Below are positions 60,617-64,000 of a stretch of DNA of 64,000 bases, piece by piece. The stretch is taken from positions 3,596,001 through 3,660,000 of the forward strand of contig NC_047066.1 in the NCBI RefSeq assembly GCF_902459465.1, given 5' to 3'. The stretch comes from Asterias rubens (Eukaryota). Below the pieces are notes generated by a model. The model was not told the DNA's origin, did no database searches, and saw only the letters and a program-made list of their open reading frames with translations. How positions within the stretch are numbered: position 1 is the stretch's first letter; each line of letters starts with the position of its first letter. A program made the translations under genes and the position numbers.

Positions 60617-60679
60617 CTAACTGCTTTTAATTTTAAATTCTTTAAAATATTGTAACTGGACTTGCTTGACTCTGACTTG

Positions 60680-61499
60680 TAGACCATGGGATGGGTATTG
60701 AAAAGGGGCCTATTTTTGGGGTTTCGTGGTCCCCATCTCCGGACTGCATTAAATTTGACGCACAAGGGTTTTCAATGGTACTGAATCCGAATTTGGTTGT
60801 TGCTAAGCTCTAAAACTGCACAGTTCGTGAACAGACCAATTTTTGGGTCATTTTAGGTCAAAAACAGTATTTTTTGATAACGTCTGTATACACTGGGACT
60901 ATTTACCAATCGTTCACGGCAGTGATGCAAGAACCTTTTCCAAGTGTTTAATGTGAACGATGTAAATTTTCCCCTTTTCTGTCCGATTAACATGCAAAGG
61001 CCTACAACAAAAACCCATGATTTTTATTGATTGAACATCAAGTACAATGCCATTTGTTTTTCGTTGCTACGACGTGCGTGTGTTACATTTTTATTATCAC
61101 GCGCGCGGCCACGTTATATGTGGGACGCAGACGCACTATTTTGTTCGTAATCCACTCGCGCTTGTGTGATAACTTGTAGTTTTGTCGAACGAGCCTGTGA
61201 ATCGGCATCCTTTTATTCAGGGGTTTGAAGAAATACTCTGTATGTTATAATGGTACAGTGTAGGAACGAAACACGATAATGCTTCGAATGACGTCACCCA
61301 CATCGCAGGCTTCTGAGGATTTGTAGATCACTATTTGTCGCCGTAATTGTTTCTTTTCGGGATTCGGTGCAGGATTTTCGCCAAGAAACAGCAACTAATG
61401 GATTTTCGGTATTTTATTTCATACCTACATACAAAAAGTGCGTGGTCCAAAAGTGGGGACTACGGTTTTGAACAATTCTAGCGATCATCCCATGGTCTA
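60680..61499. mobile_element. ~820-bp non-autonomous DNA transposon with TIR TAGACCATGGGATG
   Basis: Exact 14-bp inverted ends (60680-60693 and 61486-61499) plus an inverted subterminal GTGGTCCCCA / TGGGGACTAC. Confidence 0.6.
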
Positions 61500-62359
61500 T
61501 TGTTGATCGACAAAAAACATTACTTCATACTTGGTTGGTTACTAAAACAGACACTCACAGTCACAGTCTCACTGAGCCGAGTGAATACTGATTAAAAAAT
61601 AGTGTTTTTTATACATACCTCAAACAAAAGAGACGTGTAGGAAAACGTGTTTTAATCCCTCCACTTCAAATGTATCTTGTGATCATTGAATTTACACGAC
61701 ACACCACTCTTGTGTCACTGTCACTGTCATGCTTGTCACGTCCGGCCGGACGTTGTCTACAGTTTGTTGCCTGCCTGGCCTGAACAAAAAATACACACAA
61801 ACATAACAAAATTTACTGAGCAGACGGCCTCTTGAGGGCGTTATCTTATTTCCATCTACGACGCGCACGAAGCCGACAAGCGCCTTCCACCGCCATTATT
61901 TTTTCATTTCAAGACAAGTTATTTTATTTCCATTCCAACATATATTTTATGTTTCTAAATCATTACCGAAAAACGTATTATGTGTCCTGATATAAGAACC
62001 CACAGTGCACTGCAGTGGTTAGTTATTTAGGAAACTAGACAAGCAGGCACCATTCGTAGGAAACGACTGGATGGCTTTGGATTCGGCTCAGGCTAGCTTA
62101 GCCCCGCGACTATTTTGACAGTTGCGTGTGCTTTGCGTATACGCGCCCAAGGTTTCAGACGAGAGGACGGAGCCTGAACCAAGCCGAAGCCGTGGTTCCG
62201 AAAAAGGCCCATGGGTTCGGTCTGCATTAATGGAGAGCACTAAGAGACAAAATTGCATTGATAGAGACAATTATATCTTTATCACGGTGTGGTCATCTTG
62301 ATTTTACTCCATTCCAACTCATTGTAACCAAACTGAGGCTGGATGAAATAATAGTCTGG

Positions 62360-62371
62360 TGCGCATGCGCA
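62360..62371. promoter_or_regulatory. Perfect NRF1-type palindrome TGCGCATGCGCA upstream of the probable AIFM3 5'UTR exon region
   Basis: Motif read directly. Candidate minus-strand donors for a non-coding first exon lie at 61558 and 61618. The link to AIFM3 is inferred. Confidence 0.35.
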
Positions 62372-64000
62372 ATGAATGGTAGCATTCTTTTCTGTTATTG
62401 GAAACAGGGAACATGACCAAGGTGGCGACAGGGTGATAACGGTCTAATGTCTTCATAGTTGAGTTTTGTTCGACCTTGACCATCTGTGGCGAATGATGAC
62501 GAAGAGTTCTGTCTCCATCTCCCATTCCTGTTTTATACACAAAATAAAAAGAACCAATGACGACTGATTAAACAGAAACAGTTCATCTTCTCTGGCGATG
62601 GACAGTGATCGATCCTTCAATCAACCTGCCTTTGAATAAATGCGTTGGTCATGAGTTTCTAATCCCTCGGCCATACATCGTGTTAAAAAATAACACAACA
62701 TAGCAAGAAGAATATGGCTAGGCGGACTACTAGCCTACTGGAGTTGTTCAAAACATAGTTCATATTTTATTCTGGCAATCACTCTTTTAGCCAGATGGGT
62801 TCATCATCAGCCGCCAAGTAAGTTTGCTGCCACATAGCGTTCCCAAGTCTGCCATTGGATTCGTAATGCACGCGGTTTCGTTTGCAACAGGTTCTTGTCC
62901 CAAAAGGTTTCTTCAACTTTAATTCACGCTGTATATATTTGTTTGTGTCATAAGGACAACTTTCAAACTTTTGTTCCTTATTTCAAATCAGTCTTTAAAA
63001 AGTAATCACGTGAACAACAAAGTTTAAATTTCTTCAAAAGTTCTTTCAACTTGGGGAAATAATTATGTGTTTTAAAAAGCACACAAACACAAAAAAGTCA
63101 TAGTACATTGAGGACTAAAATTAGTACCAACCATGAGTCGTTAACCACTGTTACAAATACTACTAAAAGAGATATTCACGTTACCGCAAACCTCTCTTCC
63201 AGCATGCAAAATTTTCAAATAATGATAATTTGCACCAACTTTGCCCGTAACACAAGGCTTTTGTCACACACCTTTTATGTCTTTACGCATGATACAATTC
63301 GTCAGAAGTAATTTGGATATTCTGTCACTTTGATGTCCTCATTGCTTTACGAAAGAAAGTGGTGTCGAGGTGGATCAGTTTGGACAATGACTAAACGCCC
63401 CATGGATCAGGATATTTTCTCGGTCTTTACGGAGATTTAGCGGGTCGATAGCACATCTGTCAGTGGAGGTGCCGAGCCTTTGTTCCCCACTGGGCGGCCA
63501 GCCCATACGTACGGTGTTATCAATAGACGAAATGAATGTTGAGACACGTCTCTCAGTAGATACTACTAATCGTCATGGAAACCCCGCTGCAACTTTGATG
63601 ACCAACTGAGTCATCAATTCCACAGCTTGCTATTGTAAGAAAGAGATACACAAAGTGTAAATACTGCTGGTCCTTACCAATTAGTGTCCAGTGGCTCAAT
63701 TTTGACACGCCCGGGATCCCACCCAATGCTGGCTCACCCATTGTAGATAACAAAAAAATGACATATCATAAACCTAAACTCTCTAAAAAAAGAAAAAAAT
63801 TACATTGCTCGCACAAGTTTATGTTTGGCTGTACGCCTATAGCATCATCCCATTAGTTGAACCCAGCATTAATTTGTTTATTTCTCATTTAAACATAACA
63901 ATTACAATTTATAAAACGCTATTCTATCAAGATCATGCAGCACAGGAAAGCAGATTTCCTAATGAAAGTAGGAAGATTGTTCAAAATAATTGGCACAGCT

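Noticed and set aside
62827-62853. Minus-strand GRLGNAMWQ resembling the GT11 fucosyltransferase motif GRLGNQM
   Set aside because: The frame stops 17 codons later, and no HVRRGD or other GT11 motifs were found. At best it is an unprovable relic.
63374-63631. Minus-strand frame QAVELMTQLVIKVAAGFP-TGA-RLVVSTERR..., a possible second Sec codon at 63575-63573
   Set aside because: No known selenoprotein motif surrounds the TGA, I found no SECIS, the implied upstream intron is only 48 nt, and I recognise no homology.

Overview
Eukaryotic, intron-rich invertebrate DNA. The gene set and repeats look echinoderm-like, but that is inference. Five multi-exon host genes were reconstructed exon by exon with GT-AG junctions and consistent phases: SBDS (+, 5 exons, 253 aa), a TSSK5-like testis-specific Ser/Thr kinase with a ~395-aa basic tail (+, 9 exons, 708 aa), selenoprotein H (-, 3 coding exons, 137 aa, in-frame UGA in a CxxU motif plus a type II SECIS on a separate 3'UTR exon), mitoribosomal MRPL57/mL63 (+, 3 exons, 107 aa, head-to-head with SELENOH) and AIFM3 (-, 16 coding exons, 580 aa). 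AIFM3 coding intron 2 holds an intact, very young 9,577-bp Ty3/Gypsy retrotransposon in antisense orientation. It has apparently identical 1,454-bp LTRs, a TAAC target duplication, gag, pol and a GGGAAAC -1 frameshift site with a hairpin. The most unusual structure is inside the LTR: a 1,119-nt GT-AG intron-like segment bracketed by an exact 90-bp direct repeat. Next to the element is an inverted pair of decayed Penelope-type hammerhead ribozyme motifs. The rest is dense with TTAA-flanked MITEs, tRNA-derived SINEs, L2-like LINE 3' fragments and small tandem repeats. No CRISPR array, rRNA gene or true tRNA gene was seen. All homology calls are from recalled sequences, not database searches.
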